From Chiloscyllium plagiosum (Eukaryota): 64,000 nucleotides of DNA. The stretch is taken from assembly GCF_004010195.1 (NCBI RefSeq), contig NC_057759.1:7303593-7367592 (forward strand), in the 5' to 3' direction. Within the stretch, counting starts at the first letter, position 1; every line of letters begins with the position of its first letter. The translations under genes and the position numbers were made by a program. Positions 37,781 through 51,561 of the stretch are shown here, piece after piece. The notes under the pieces were generated by a model, which was not told the DNA's origin, made no database searches, and was given only the letters and a program-made list of their open reading frames with translations.

Positions 37781-38987
37781 TGAAAATTAAAAAAAGTGAA
37801 AGGCGGGAACAGCCTTACAATGAGATAGGATTGGAGACAGAAGTCAAGGAAAAGACTTTGCATTCTGCTCTGACGTGGATAGCTTAATTTTCCAATGCAT
37901 AAATGCTAACAGCAGATATGAATCGAGCTTGGCAGATTGATGAATATATGTTGATACGTCGCGTTGATGCTACCTGAATTCAACAACTTCTTCATACACT
38001 TAAATATTTCCAAATGAGACATGAAAATGAACAGCAACATGGGAGGGTGGGGGTGAACAATTGGTAAGCACACTAAGTTCATGTTTGGTTTTCAAAGTCA
38101 ATAATTAGATGGAGGGACGTACCAGATATTTCAAAGAACTAAATGATGCGATAGTAATAGCATTCAATAATGAGAAGTGCGTGTTATATTCTGAATCATA
38201 ATACGTGGTAAATATGACAAAATATAAGGTGGACAGCTAAAATGGCTTGTAACGTTCCAGACCATTGTTTCTGGATTCTCACCGTTGTAACAACATTGCC
38301 GTCTCTAGTTACCAGATTTCATTCCATTGTATTAACTTCCTAGTCCATTACTTCTAGATTATAATCAATTGTTTGATAGTTCCAAACAAATTGTTCAGAT
38401 GCATTAGCTATTGATGCAAACTTCTAGCCTCTTGGTATTCGATTTTGATTGCTCTCTCTCTCTCCCTCTCACTCTCTCTCTTTTGCAGATTTCTCCGTCT
38501 CACTCTAGAACCACTGATGCCTCATTCTGTGTGATGATTAACTAACTAAACATCTGTTTGGACATTCAATGCTCACCGGTGTTCCCCCACAAATCATTCT
38601 GATTGGATGGTGATCAGCTGAAATTAGAGAAAACACTGATTTTGCTGCTAATGACACTGATGGTGACAGAGTCCACCCTGAATGAAGGCAATCGAACCTG
38701 GTTGCCGATTGGGAGGTGACAATATCCTTCAATTAAAAAGTCGATCGCGGGAAATGCTGGTGAAACCTCAAGCCAGTCTGGCAGTGACCGGGATGTGAGA
38801 GAAACACTGCTCAAATGTCGAGTACAATTTCTGGAGAAATTTTGAAGAGTCAGGTCCGACTGGAAATGTCAACTTTGTTTCACTTTTTGTCTCGCTTCAC
38901 AGATGCTGAAAGAACTGCTGCATCTCTCCACCGGCATTTCCTTCAAATTTCCAACGCCAAAGTATTTAGCCTTTAGTGTGTTAAGAT

Positions 38988-40010
38988 TGTTACGAAATGG
39001 GTTAAACCGTCCTGATAAATTTAATCCAGAACACAGAAAAGACTCATCCCGTGCAGTAATCTGTGAGAATTTGAGAGGCTAAGAACTATTTAAAGTAAAA
39101 ATTAATAACTTTATTTCTTAAAGTATATCAGAGAATAATTAACTAACAACTGGTGGGCGGCACGGTGGCACAGTGCTCTGGCACTGCTGCCTCCCAGCGC
39201 CAGAGACCCGGGTTCAATTCCGGCCTCAGGCGATTGACTGTGTGGAGTTTGCACGTTCTCCCCGTGTCTGCGTGGGTTTCCTCCGGGTGCTCCGGTTTCC
39301 TCCCACAGTCCAAAGATGTGCAGATCAGGTGAATTGGCCATGCTAAATTGCCCGTAGTGTTAGGTAAGGGGTAAATGTATGGGTGGGTTGCGCTTCGGCG
39401 GGTCGGTGTGGACTTGTTGGGCCGAAGGGCCTGTTTCCACATTGTAAGTAATCTAATCTAAAAAAAAACTATTAAAAGCTGATTTCTCTAACCTATCTTT
39501 TACATTCCCCTCTATAAGTCTAGTCCAATAAAGCTCCCAATTAATGTTTACAGGAAAATTAAAATTTTAAAACCAGTCAATGGTCGAGGTATCTCTTTAT
39601 CATCGTCAGTAGATTGGCAGTCCAGATCGGTGTTGAGGGCTTTATCTGTCCAAACTCCTTCTCTCGACAGATACCGCTCAGAGACATCTGACTAGCAGTC
39701 TCCAGCTGTTGTTCTGATGGCAGTTCTCCTCCCAACTGTTCGATTTTCGAAGGTTTTATACCCCAAAGTGTCGGATTGCGTCATTGGCCTTTAAGATTGT
39801 CAATAGAATCATTTCAGACTTGGTTGGCTTTGGCATTTTTCGGAGTATAAATTAAACTGATTGGCCTAATTCGAATCGGTTTTGACATTTCAAGGAAAAT
39901 AGCTACCCCAGTAGAGCACATGTTACATTGTGTCTTATTGAGAACACGTGTTGCTGTCTCTGCCAGCCTTTGCTATCTTAAAAGTATAGTACACTTACAT
40001 CTTCATAACA
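38988..40010 (-). repeat. 3' LTR of element A (contains an HE1 SINE)
   Basis: Homologous to 45007-45714 once the SINE is removed (about 705 vs 708 bp). Confidence 0.92.
39151..39467 (+). mobile_element. HE1 SINE, full-length, young, inserted in the LTR
   Basis: gggcggcacggtggcacagtg...ggttcaattcc...gtaagtaatctaatctaaaaaaaa; AACT on both sides; absent from the sister LTR. Confidence 0.93.
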
Positions 40011-43000
40011 CCTCCCCCCTTACGAAAAAATGAAAGATCAAAATGAAAAAAATAGCTTCATTTTTCTCTAATATATATATTTCTGTATCAGTTAAATCCG
40101 TGGTAATGTGCTTGCAATAACATTCTTCTCAACTGCAACATATACGGTTTTTAAATGAAAAGTCTGTAACTTAAGATTCCTATGAAATAGCCCCATATTC
40201 TTGTCGTTGAAGCGTTGTAAACATGTAAATGGATTGTTGCTCAGTGTACACACCCATCCCCAATATTTTGTTCGTGACAAACACATAAAAATATTCTGGA
40301 TTAGTGGTGCTGGAAGAGCACAGCACTTCAGGCAGCATCCAAGGAGCTTCGAAATCAGGCCAGTACCAAACTCAAAAGTTCTTTATCGATTGTGGTGTAT
40401 ATCCTTTGGTGGATGTTGACCTTCTTCAAAAAGTAACCAACCGACAGTTCAATCCCATCCTCACCTTCCAATAGAACTACAGCTCGAACTCTAATGTCAC
40501 AAGTTTCAATGGTGACTTTAAAACGTTTTGAAAAGTTTGGTCTAGATAAAACTGGCATGGTGGTTAATATTGATTTCTAATGATCAAATGCCTCCTGGCA
40601 TTGTTCTGTCCACTGAAGCTTTGTGTTCTTTTTCAGCAAATTGGTTCAAGGTGCCACTACACTGCTGAAGTTTGGAACAAGCGTCTGATAGAATCCTCTG
40701 ACTCCTAAGAATCGAAGCACCTGTTTTTTTTTGTGATTGGTTGTGTGAATTCCTCAATGGCCTTAGCCTTTGCGTTCCATTGGGTCAAGCTTCCATGACA
40801 GATGTAACGTCCCATGAACGTCACCCCTGCCTTCGTGAATGTGTTTTATCTAAGTTTTCTCCCCAGTTTTGCTTCTAGAAGTCGTTCAAACAACTCTGCC
40901 AACTGTACCATGTGATCTTTCCACGACTTATTAAGGATCACTACACTGTCCAAGTACACGGCACAGTTTGTTAACCCAGCCACAACTCTATTCATGAGTT
41001 TTGGAATGTAGTGGATGCAATCTTCATTCCAATGGGCATCACTTTAAACTGCTCTGGCACATTTCGGGTTACAAACGCAGAAATTTCTTTCGCCATCTCT
41101 GATAGAGGTACCCGCCAATAACCAGACATTAAGTCCAACTTGTTGATGTAACTGGTTTGTCGAACTTTCTTGATACAATACTCCAACCGAGGAATTAAAT
41201 TTTAGTCCGGTTTTTTAAGTGTGTTGACCTTCAAATAATCCACACAGAATCGTTGAGTCCTGTTCGGTTTGGGAAGTCAGATGATTGGCGAATTCTGCTC
41301 ACTCTGGCTTGGTTAAATAATGTCCTCGTCGAGAATGGCCTTCACCTCCATCTGGACCAGTCTGGCTTTGAAATAATTAAGCTGATAGGGGTGTTGTTTT
41401 ATCTGAGCAGGATTCCCTGCATCTATTTCAAAAACAATAGCAATTGCCCTCCATGTATGATTCTTATGTATGTCCTTATACTGTAGTAACAGATCTTTCC
41501 ACTGCGTTCTATGCTCCTGAGACAGACAGCCTGCTGAGCTATCCCCCACTTCAGGGATTTCTTCATTTTAAAATATAATTTGAGGCGCATCATCCGGATT
41601 TGATTCTGCACTCTATGGGGCAATAAGTAACATCTGTTTCTCCTGTTCTTTATCTCTAGTATAATACCATTTCAACATGCTCATATGATATATCCGATAC
41701 TTTTTCCCCCAATCTGGCATCTTTACTAGAAATTTCAGCTGAGTCAAGTTTTTCTCAATTTAACAATTATCACTAAACCTGGCTTTGAAGGGTTGTCTTG
41801 TCACTGTTACGATTACTAACACGTAATCCGTGTGGGAAAACGTCCGACTCACAGAGCATTTATGTGTGACCTGCTTCAATCTACACTGTTCCCTATTTAG
41901 GTGCTGTTTAGCTAACACACCGACTCGATTTAGTCTCTCATTCGCCTCCAATACATAATCTATGTGTGATGTTGGCCGTGTCATTTTTTCTTTAATTGAG
42001 TTCAAGGGATCTCTCACGTCATGCCTGAATATTAACTCCAAGGGAGTGAATTGAGTGGATTCGTTTGGGGTGTCTCTCATGGCAAACAATACGAATGGGA
42101 TACCTTTATCCCAGTCATTCTGGTAATTCTTAGACTATGGTCTTCAAGGTCTGATGCCACTTTTCGAAAGCTCCCTGGGATTCAGAATGATACGCACTGG
42201 ATTCAAAGCGTTGTATGCCTAAGCTATCCATAACCTCCTGAAACAACCTGGGAGTAAAATTTGACCCTTGGTCCGACTTAATATCTCTGCGTACCCCATA
42301 GCATGTGAAGAAAGCGACTAACTGCTCTACTACACTTTTTGCCTTGTCACTCCATAATGGAATTACCTCTGGAAATCAAGTAGGCACATCCATTCTGGTT
42401 AACAAGTAGTGATTCCCACGTTTAGTTCTCGGGAGAGGGCATACACAACCAATAATAACCCGCATCAGAGGTTGTTCCAATGTGGGAATTGGCAACACAG
42501 ATGATAGTTTTATTGCTGCCTGTGTCTTATCTAGCACTGGGCATGCATGACACGCAAAACAAAAATTAACCACATCCTTGTGCATTCCGGGCCAACAAAA
42601 TGTTTTTGTATCTTAGCCTGTGTCTTTCGTACCCCTAGGTGACCTCCTTCAGATATTTCATTTACTACCATTAACACCTTCTGTTTGTATGGTACTGGTA
42701 ACACAAACAGGTGCACGTCGGCCCATTTCTCGCTGTGCTAACCTGCCATGGTTTCAATTTCCGTCTTAGCAAACTAACGTTTAGGTAATAACCACCAGTT
42801 TATGTACTGCCACCTTTCTGGAGTATGCATCAACAAAAACAATCCTTTATCGCCTTGTCTTACTGTTGCAAGTATCTTAGCCTTTCAGGATTAAACACTT
42901 CTGTCTGATCCTCTGCCTGTTCAGGTTTTTCCTGCACCATTTCCTCAAACGGCGTGACAACCAACTGAACCTCAACTCCTTAATCGATCTCTTCACGTTT

Positions 43001-45006
43001 CGCTTTGTGCTGTGTTTTGTGATAGTGGGATCTGGTGACTACACCGTCTAGGAAAATCCCAGGATATTTCTGCTTTAACTGTTCAGTTTCTTGAGCGTCA
43101 TTGGGCTTCTCCCCAACAAAGGGTGACACTCTCACTTTGGATCCAGACAATTCATTCCCAACATCAAACTGAATTTCTGGAAATGACACTCTATCAATCA
43201 CTCCTATTGTAACTCCCACAGTCTCGAGTTGGCATTCCAACCTGATCTTGCATCGCTAAATTTCTATCCATGTATCCCATAACTTAACCCACTCACAGGC
43301 AACAGATCAGAAAGTGTGTATATTCGCTCATCCCATATATTCTTCGACTATTTAGATCCTGTGCCTTTCAAAATTATAACTTCTTGTCCGTTTTCCCCTG
43401 TTCTTTCTGAGTAATCTTTATTCTCTGAGGCGAATTCTTTGTCGAGGTTAGGTACTAACTCCATATACAGCCCATGCGTAGGATGTGGACTCCCCTGCAG
43501 TTCCTCGGTTGTCCTTGGGTTTCTGCTCTACTAATTTCATTAATGCCACTGGCTTAGCTTCCTTTACCACATCCTTTGCTAGAGCAGAGTTTTTTTTTAA
43601 ACGAACAGCACTCTGAATTTACATGACCCACTATCTGGCAGTGAAAATACCTTTTCCCAGTGCCCTTCTGAAACAACCGGCAGTGTAATTTTCTGTGGCC
43701 CATTCTATGAGAGTAAAAGCAGCTGAGGCCTTTCACCTCCTGTCTAAACTCTTGGGCTTATTTAACCTGTGTTCTTTACTCCTTCTTTCGTAGTGTGGGA
43801 GCTCCCCTTCTCCCAACTTCTATCCCTCACAGGATGCAATTCTGGCCGGAAGCTTGCCTTATGCACCAGCATGTATTCATCTGTTAATTATGCTGCCCTC
43901 CTCACCTCCTGAATTTTCTGTTCCTTTGCGTGAATTCTTATCATCTCTGGAAGTGTGTTTTGAAACTCTTCCAGCAGAAGAATCTCTCCTAGAGCCTCAC
44001 AGGTGTTATCTGTTTTCAAAGCAGTCACTCATCGATCAAAATGTCTATGTGCAAATCGTTCAAACTCTACAAAGGCTGACCTGGTTCCTTCTTTTTGTTT
44101 TTGAACCGCTGTCTATATACTTCTGGTACCAATTCATAAGCACTTGAAGTAGCCTGTTTAACCTGTTCGTAACCTATTGACACCTCATCTGACAGTGTGA
44201 CAAATACCTCACTAGTTTGCCCACCAGTTTAGTCTGATCTAGCATTATCCATAAATCCTCAGACCACTCCATCTGCCTCGTCAATTTTTCAAATGAAATG
44301 GAGAAGACTTTCTCATCAATATGTGCAGAGTTTTGACAAAATTGTATGCATCAGTATATTATCTTTTAGTCTCCATCCTGTTACCTTGATTTTCCTGACT
44401 AAGTCGCAACTTCTCAAGTTCAAATTCTTCCTCTTCTTTGCTCAACTAAGAACATTCTCTCTTTCTTTTTCCTCTCTGTCTCTTTCTCTATCCCTCTCTT
44501 CTGTCTCGCTTTGCTCCAAGAACCGTCTCTCTCTCTCTCTCTCTCTCTATCTCTGTCTCTTTGTTTATCTTCTAACTCCATTTTTCGTAATTGTAGTTTC
44601 TGTTTTTCTACGTTTACTGCACTTCTCCGTTTGTCTGATGCATCTGTGTGTTTGAGCAATTGCCTTACATATTCAGCTTTACGTTTTTCCTTGGTTACAC
44701 TCAAATCTAAACTATTTATTAATTCTTGAAAGAATGGCCTTTTCCTTTCCTTCTAAATTTCCTTGGCAAATTTGAGAACCATCTTTATATCCCAGAACCT
44801 CTTTAGCAATTTTAAGAGCCATTTCTCTCACTTTTAATTTAATCAACCACAAGTCACCAAAATTAACCAAATTGTCTCACCTACCTTTTATTTAAAGATC
44901 TAGGACACTAACCTGCAAGCGTTTAAATCTGCTGGGACTTGTTGTACTCCCAAATCTATATCAAATCTGTCTAAACCAGTACAACTCCCGATGACGAGAT
45001 CCAAAC

Positions 45007-45714
45007 TGTTATGACATGTGGTAAACCATCCTGCTTAATTTAAACCAGGAACACAGAAAAGTAATTGCACCCTGCATTAATCTGTGAAGACTCGGGAGGG
45101 CATGAACTACTTAACGTAAAAATTAACAACTTTATTTATTAAAATATGACAGAGAATAGTTAACTAATAACTATTAATAAGTAATTCCTCTACCATAGTT
45201 TTACCTTCCCTTCTATACTCTTTGTCTGATCAAACCCCACAATTACGATTTAACAAAACTCAACTTTTCAAAACCAGCCAGATGTCGAATCATCTCATTG
45301 TTTCTTCCTCTCTTCTCCTTCTTAGGGAATTTTGCTTCACAGTTTACTGATTGATAAATGCACTTTTAAGAGAGCGATTTTTGGACTGTCTGTACAGGCT
45401 GGTGCGTGGCAGTTCTCCTCCCAAGTATTCAATTCTTTCTGGTCTTATTACCCAATACATCAGATTGTGTTCTTGGCTTTTGAGATGGTTAATAAAGTAA
45501 ATTAAAACGTCATTGGTTTTTGGTATTTTTCGGGGTAATATTTAAACTAATTGGCCGAATTTGAATTTGTTTTGTCATCTCCAGGCTACCAAATAGTCTA
45601 GTTGTTCAATCCAATGCTACATTATATCTTGTTCCGAACACTTGGTGCTGCCTCGGGTAATTCTGCTTGTTCTTAAAAATCTTAAAACTGCAGTATACCC
45701 ACAACTTCATAACA
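45007..45714 (-). repeat. 5' LTR of element A
   Basis: TGTTATGAC...TTCATAACA; followed on minus by a PBS-like tract. Confidence 0.92.
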
Positions 45715-46189
45715 AGATACACAAAAATGGGTGTAGGAAAATAATTGTGGGTTTAGCAAAAGGGTCAAGGCATTCAGCCTTGTCAACTGCTGTTATTCCA
45801 AACCTGTTTGCCTCAGTTATCTAGAATTAATTACGGCACATGTATAAGTCTTCCTGTGGTGTCTCAGCCCCTTTTTCATCTATGCAAACTCTCACTGTGT
45901 GAATGAAAGTATCTTCCAGGGATCCTGCTCCTCCAGATTTCGAGTCTTGCACATGATGTGAACCGTCACCGGTCACCATGCTTTCACCAGTCGAATTTAA
46001 TTGAAAATTCTTTCAACATTCGCGCTGTCTGACGTTTAAACCAAACTCTTTGAGGAATTGTCTGCTCCTTTATCTCTATTATCTGATCACTTGCCTAAAT
46101 GACACGCATGAGTTCTATTCTATAGTTAATATGTGCGGCAAGGCAAGATATTTTTGTTTTCAAGTTCTGTCTGTATGTCCGTAAGAGGT

Positions 46190-46665
46190 AGAGACGACAT
46201 AGGCTATTGAACCTATCGAGTCTATTCCACCACTCAATGAGATCGTAGCTGCATTGATCATCCTTAACTCTATTTTACTTCCCTATTCATATAAACAGTA
46301 TGCCTTTCATAAATTAAAACAATTTTCGATGAACCAGACACCTCAGCACTCTGTTGTCATGAACACTACAATCACTATCAACTGAGAGTACAAATTCCTT
46401 CTCAATTCTATTGTAACTAAGCAACCCATTATCCTATCAACCATTTGGTCTTGGAATCTGTCAGAGAATGAACACCCCTACCACATTTACCTTGTCATAA
46501 CATCTACAGAATATTGCATAGTTTAGCAAGGCCTCGTGACATAATTCTAAACCTCAATGAGTGCAGACCCACCTCGACTCAACATCCCATCGGAAGACAG
46601 CCCCTCCATACTGTTATTAGGCCTGGTGTACCTTCTGTGGACTGTCTCCTATTCCAGTATCTGAG
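46190..46665 (-). mobile_element. Old CR1 3' fragment
   Basis: tcgagtctattccaccactcaatgagatc tail; aaattccttctcaattc. Confidence 0.6.
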
Positions 46666-47559
46666 CAATAAGTAATTGATTGATAAAGTGCAGAACGTTT
46701 GTCTCAGGGAGTGATGTAGAATATAAGTCTTGCATCTCCCTGCAGCTTACTTCACACAGACTTGAAGGCAAGGTTCTGTGGATCAAAGAAAGAAGCATTC
46801 AAGAGTAGCACTAGACGGGTTTTGGGATAGAAGCTGCATGCAATGATAGGAGTGGAAGGCAGGAGACTGTCTGGAAGGGATCGAACCAAGACGCAGGGAT
46901 CAGGTATATCGGCGTTCTTATTTTCCACAACGTTCTGTCATTCGTGATCACTTCCTCTTTTGAATTATGTCTCCACTTTGGCTGTGTCAAAGACAATGGC
47001 AGCTGCATACTCACAGCGTTTGCAAAGAAAGAGATGGAAACAAATGGGAAGTTTTCTCCCCTCCTCTTGACGTCCCGCAAGCATTGTGCGATCTGATTTG
47101 CAAACTCTGCTTAACGCTAAATGCAATCTCTCCTCGACTGTGTCCCTGCCAAAGAGCGAAGAGCCCATTGCGTCCTGCATTGGTGTGAATAGGAAAAATA
47201 CCTGCATTCATGATTATTTATGGTCTCTGTCCGTTTCTCATGTAAAATCACAGAACAATGGAAGAAAACCTTAGGCCTATATTGTCCTTATTCTGACATG
47301 AGGCTCACCTGCTCCTATTCTCCCACAAGCAGAAACAACTTCTCTGCATCAATTCTGTCAAATCCTATCAGAATCTTGTGTGTTTCAATAAAGCTTCAGC
47401 ATATTTTCGTAAACTCCAATGGTACAGGCCAACACAGCTCAGCCTTTCCTCATAAGACATTGCGCGTGGTGACATTAATAATACCAGGCATAGGGGTGTT
47501 CAACGAAGAATGCACAATGTTCAGTATATTTGGCGACTCCTCAGATACTGAATCAGTCC

Positions 47560-48370
47560 ATATTTGAATGCAACATGATCTGGAGTGTATCCAGGATTGG
47601 GCTGATGAGTGGCAGGTATTATTCATACCGCACAAATGCCAGGCAAGGACTAAATCTGAAAAGAGGCAATCTTATCAACAGCCCTTGAAATTCACTGAAT
47701 TCCACCAATCCCCCCAATGTCAAAATTCCTGAGCTTACAATTAACAAGAAACATAAACTGACTTACCACAAAAACACAGTTTCAGGTCAGATGAGATCAG
47801 ATAAGAGGCTAAGAATACTACGGCAACTAACACTTCTCCTGTTTCCCCAAAGCCTCTCTATCCTCCACTTCCAACAAGACAGGAGAGTGATGGAATACTC
47901 TATACTTACCTTGATCAGAACACATGAGAATTGACACAATCCAGGACAAAGCACCCAGCTTGAGTGGGACTACAAATGCAAGCATCCACTCCCTTCAACA
48001 CCCATGCTCACCAGTAACATTGAATACTATTAACATGATGCATTGCAGAAATCTAGCCAAAGGATCTTTCGACAACAATTTCCAAACACACTAGAACGTT
48101 AATCTGGAATGACGAGGCAGATGATATACGGGACCATGCCCACCTGCAAGTTTCCCTTGAAGCCAGTCAACATGCTGATTTGGACGTAGGTTTCTATTTT
48201 CTTATTCTCACAGGGGCAAAGTACTAGAACTCCTCCCTTAACTGCCTGGTGGGTCTACTGACCTTATAAGGACTAGAGCGGTTTAAGAAGACAAATCACC
48301 ACCACCTTCCCAAGAGGCCAACTAGGAATGGTCAAAACGAACTGGCGAATCCTAAACAGTACATTCCGGA
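47560..48370 (+). mobile_element. L2/CR1-clade LINE 3' region
   Basis: tgggctgatgagtggcaggta (WADEWQV); accaccaccttcccaagaggccaactaggaatgg tail. Confidence 0.75.
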
Positions 48371-48374
48371 TCCG

Positions 48375-48883
48375 CCCCCACTGCCTTTCACTGGCACCCG
48401 ACCCTTTCAATGAAACCATAGTCCTCAATTCACTTTTTTTTTCAATTGAAAAGTCCAAGCTTATTCAACCTTTCTTCAAAAGGCAAACCCTCCATTCCAG
48501 GCAGCATCCTGGTAAACCTTCTTTGCACCCTCTCCAAAACCTTTGTATCTTTCCTATAGTAGGGCGGCCAGAACTGGACACAATATTCCAAGTGTGGTCT
48601 CACCAGGGACTTGTAGAGCTGCAGCAAAACCTCGCGGCCCTTAAAGTCGATGCTCCTGTTATGAAAACCAAAACACCATTTGCTTTCTTAACAACCCTAT
48701 CCACTAGGGTGGCAACTTTGAAGGATCTATGTACTTGCACACCCTGAGCCCTCTGTTCCTCCACACTGCCAAGAGTCCTGTCCTTAATTGTAGAGTCAGT
48801 ATTCGAGTTCGACCTTCCAAAATGCATCACTTCGTCTTTATTCAGGTTGAACTCCTGCTATTTCTCAGCCCAGTTCTGCATAC
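48375..48883 (-). mobile_element. CR1/HER1 LINE fragment
   Basis: [44 protein letters not shown]. Confidence 0.92.
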
Positions 48884-50002
48884 TGTCATGAACTGAACAC
48901 GTTTTCCACAAAATTTCGGAAGATATTCTCAACTCCGACTTTTATTTACTATAAAGGTGTTGCGTTCCAGATACAATTCGATCAATCAAACTACTCGACG
49001 TTAGGCAAAACATAATTTATTCACAAATAATAGTTAAGATACAAAATAAAAGAATTGGATTAGTTGTCATTCTAACGAATTTATTCACAAAACAACGGAT
49101 AAAGCAACTATTACTGCTAACTGTTCTAATAAACTAATATCCAAAAACGACTTGCCAAATCATTAAAAAAGATTGTCTCACATTCAATTCTATTAACTGT
49201 GGAGGAAAACATCAAGAGAAAACTTGAGAGAGTGCAGCAGAGAGAGATTTCCATTCTGGCTGCTTGTATTATTCCAACATTAAAAAAAACACAAGGACTT
49301 GAAAGCTGCATACTTGACAACATACATCTCTTAAGCAACAGTACCATTACACCTGTGCCCTTAGAAAATGAACCATTAAGATATAAAGGCAATTTTCATT
49401 TTTTTATTGTTTTACGCTCTAAGTACATTATACATATATATTACATGATTGTGTGCATGCAAACATTCACTAATATAGCCTATTTTATTCAATTTACTTT
49501 TCCCAGCATTAAACAGCTCCTTCTTCCTTCATCAAATTCAGAGTGCATCACCAGTTAATATCTCTTATTCTGGCATGTGTACAATTTTTAAATTTAAAGG
49601 CTGTAAATTTAAATTTGAAAGCTCTATCTAAGAAGTACGGAATGCTTTAACATTACATTTCTCCAGAAATATTAAAAGATATTGATCAGTATACACAACA
49701 GTCTCAGACAGAATACAAGCTGAAAATTTCTGGAATGTTGCAACCCTAACATCAAGCTCAAGGTTCCCTTTTCATTGCGGAATATATTTGTTCATGATCA
49801 TTCAATTTTCTAGAAAAATGCAGAATTGGCCTTTACATCTTCTTGTCATCATCTTGAAGGTGTACAGTACCCACACTGTTCACATTGGCAGACACCTCGA
49901 ATTGCTTTGCATAATTAGGTGTGGATAAACCTTGCCTGTAATTCTTCAACAGTCGGAGACTGGAGCAACTGCTGTTCAAATTCTGACATAAAACACTTTT
50001 AT

Positions 50003-50201
50003 GTACTCAGAGAGTCGTGAGTTCGTGGAATGCCCTGCCAGTAGCAGTGGTGGACTCTCCCTCAATATGGGCATTTAAGCGAGCATTGGATAGGCATATG
50101 GAGGATAGTGGGCTAGTGTAGGCTAGGTGGGCTTGGATCGGCGCAACATCGAGGGCCGAAGGGCCTGTACTGCGCTGTATTCTTCTATGTTCTATGTTCT
50201 A
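50003..50201 (+). mobile_element. Young, very short 5'-truncated CR1/HER1 insertion
   Basis: QRVVSSWNALP..., gagggccgaagggcctgtactgcgctgt and a (TTCTATG)n tail, within element C pol. Confidence 0.9.
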
Positions 50202-50686
50202 TTTTAGGAATAATTGTATTTTCTACTTCGTTGGTGGGTTTAAGAAACTCCCCGGTAAGCTTTGTTTCACAACCCTCGAGATGATTGTTCATGTCCACTA
50301 ATATGGTGCAGGAACGTGACTTGGGCTCTTGCAAACGCATGGTCTTCTTTTTGTTTTATCACTAAACAATTGAAAAATTCCGGAAGATGCTCCATTCATG
50401 TCTTCTTTGTGTGACAAAAAATCACCAGGCCGATATGCACCACACAACTGAGTAATCAAAAAATAACATAATTGGTTAGACTTTGAAATGTGGCCGGCAT
50501 GTCTTTCATACCAAATGACATGTCTCCAAACAGTGTCAAAAAAGCCGATTATTTTTTCGATCATTAGGATAACAGTACTTACCACGATCCTTTGATTTAC
50601 TCCAACATAGAAATATAACTTTCTTGTCCCACATTCGAAATACAGTATTCCAAACGTTGTAAAGGATATGATTTAGGTTTTGTCAC

Positions 50687-51297
50687 TGTTGTGGTCTAGG
50701 GTAAACCAATCAAAACATTCTTAAGCAAACAGCCCTTGACCTATCTTTGTGATATGTTTTGTAAATGTATAGTGAGAATTAGACGAAGGAAGATAACCAT
50801 GTTGACTATTAGATTTTAAAATGGTCAGAAAGTTTATTCACAAAAATACACATTGAAACACAAAGAACAGAATAATGACCTGTACAGAACTCAAGCTATC
50901 CAGCTCGACTTAATGATGCTTTACCAAATGCACACAACCGTGCATATAAGCAAATTGCCTTTAAAAAGCCGCATGAAGAGAAGACATGTTTACAGGTTGA
51001 AGTTGAAGGGCAAAAAGAGAAAAGGTTTCCACACAGCTTCCTGTTGAACTTCCCGATTCAAGATTGAACTAAAAACAACTCAGCTCAACTCAGCTAAAGA
51101 GCTGACCAGATTGGCCTGAAGTGTCATCTTTTTACATATAAACAAAAGGCTTCTCAAATTCTTTTAATCTCTGTACCAATCCAGACTGATCAGAGTCTGG
51201 CCTGGCTTATTGCCTCTCTGGAAAAAAAAATATCAAAGACGGAGTCCCCTTGAGCAAGGAATAGCTTTTGGAAAAAAAATGGACTAGTTTTGTGATA
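50687..51297. mobile_element. Solo LTR inserted in element C RT
   Basis: TG...gtgata ends with flanking gtcac/ttcac (near-TSD); the flanks rejoin as KPNAV|TKPKSYPLQRLEYCI. Confidence 0.8.
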
Positions 51298-51561
51298 TTC
51301 ACTGCATTGGGTTTTCCATACTCCACATATAATCGTTTGATACTATTTGGGTTTTGGTAACACGACAATGCGTGACCTCCATTCACTACAACTCACTTCG
51401 ATTATGTTGCCTTTGAGCATGCGTTCAAACTCATTTTGATGCTGTGCTCATTTCAGAGGGATAAATCGACAAGGATTGTTGCTAATTTGGAGCAAGGCTT
51501 TCTTTCTTTACACCATGCACAATTAGACTTTTTTTTCCCCAGCTTCTTCTCACATATTTCC

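Larger units (their letters stand above)
38988..45714 (-). mobile_element. Full-length decayed Gmr1-like Gypsy LTR retrotransposon (element A): LTR-gag(SCAN-like, CCHC)-PR-IN-RT-RNase H-LTR
   Basis: TG...CA LTRs at 38988-40010 and 45007-45714; AGAT TSD at 38984-38987 and 45715-45718; PPT at 40011-40021; degenerate PBS next to 45006. Motifs on minus: ELVPEVYRQRF, HCQIVGHVNSEC, GHLGVRKTQAKI...CFACHAC, VIIGCVCPLP, SDQGSNF, KLDLMSGYWRVP, MPIGMK, YLDSV, YTTIDKELL. Confidence 0.95.

Noticed and set aside
39151..39230. tRNA gene
   Set aside because: The A/B boxes belong to the tRNA-derived head of an HE1 SINE; the same applies at 11.8 and 33.9 kb.
44293..44729. Host membrane-protein ORFs on the plus strand
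   Set aside because: They are antisense to the E/R-rich gag segment of element A.
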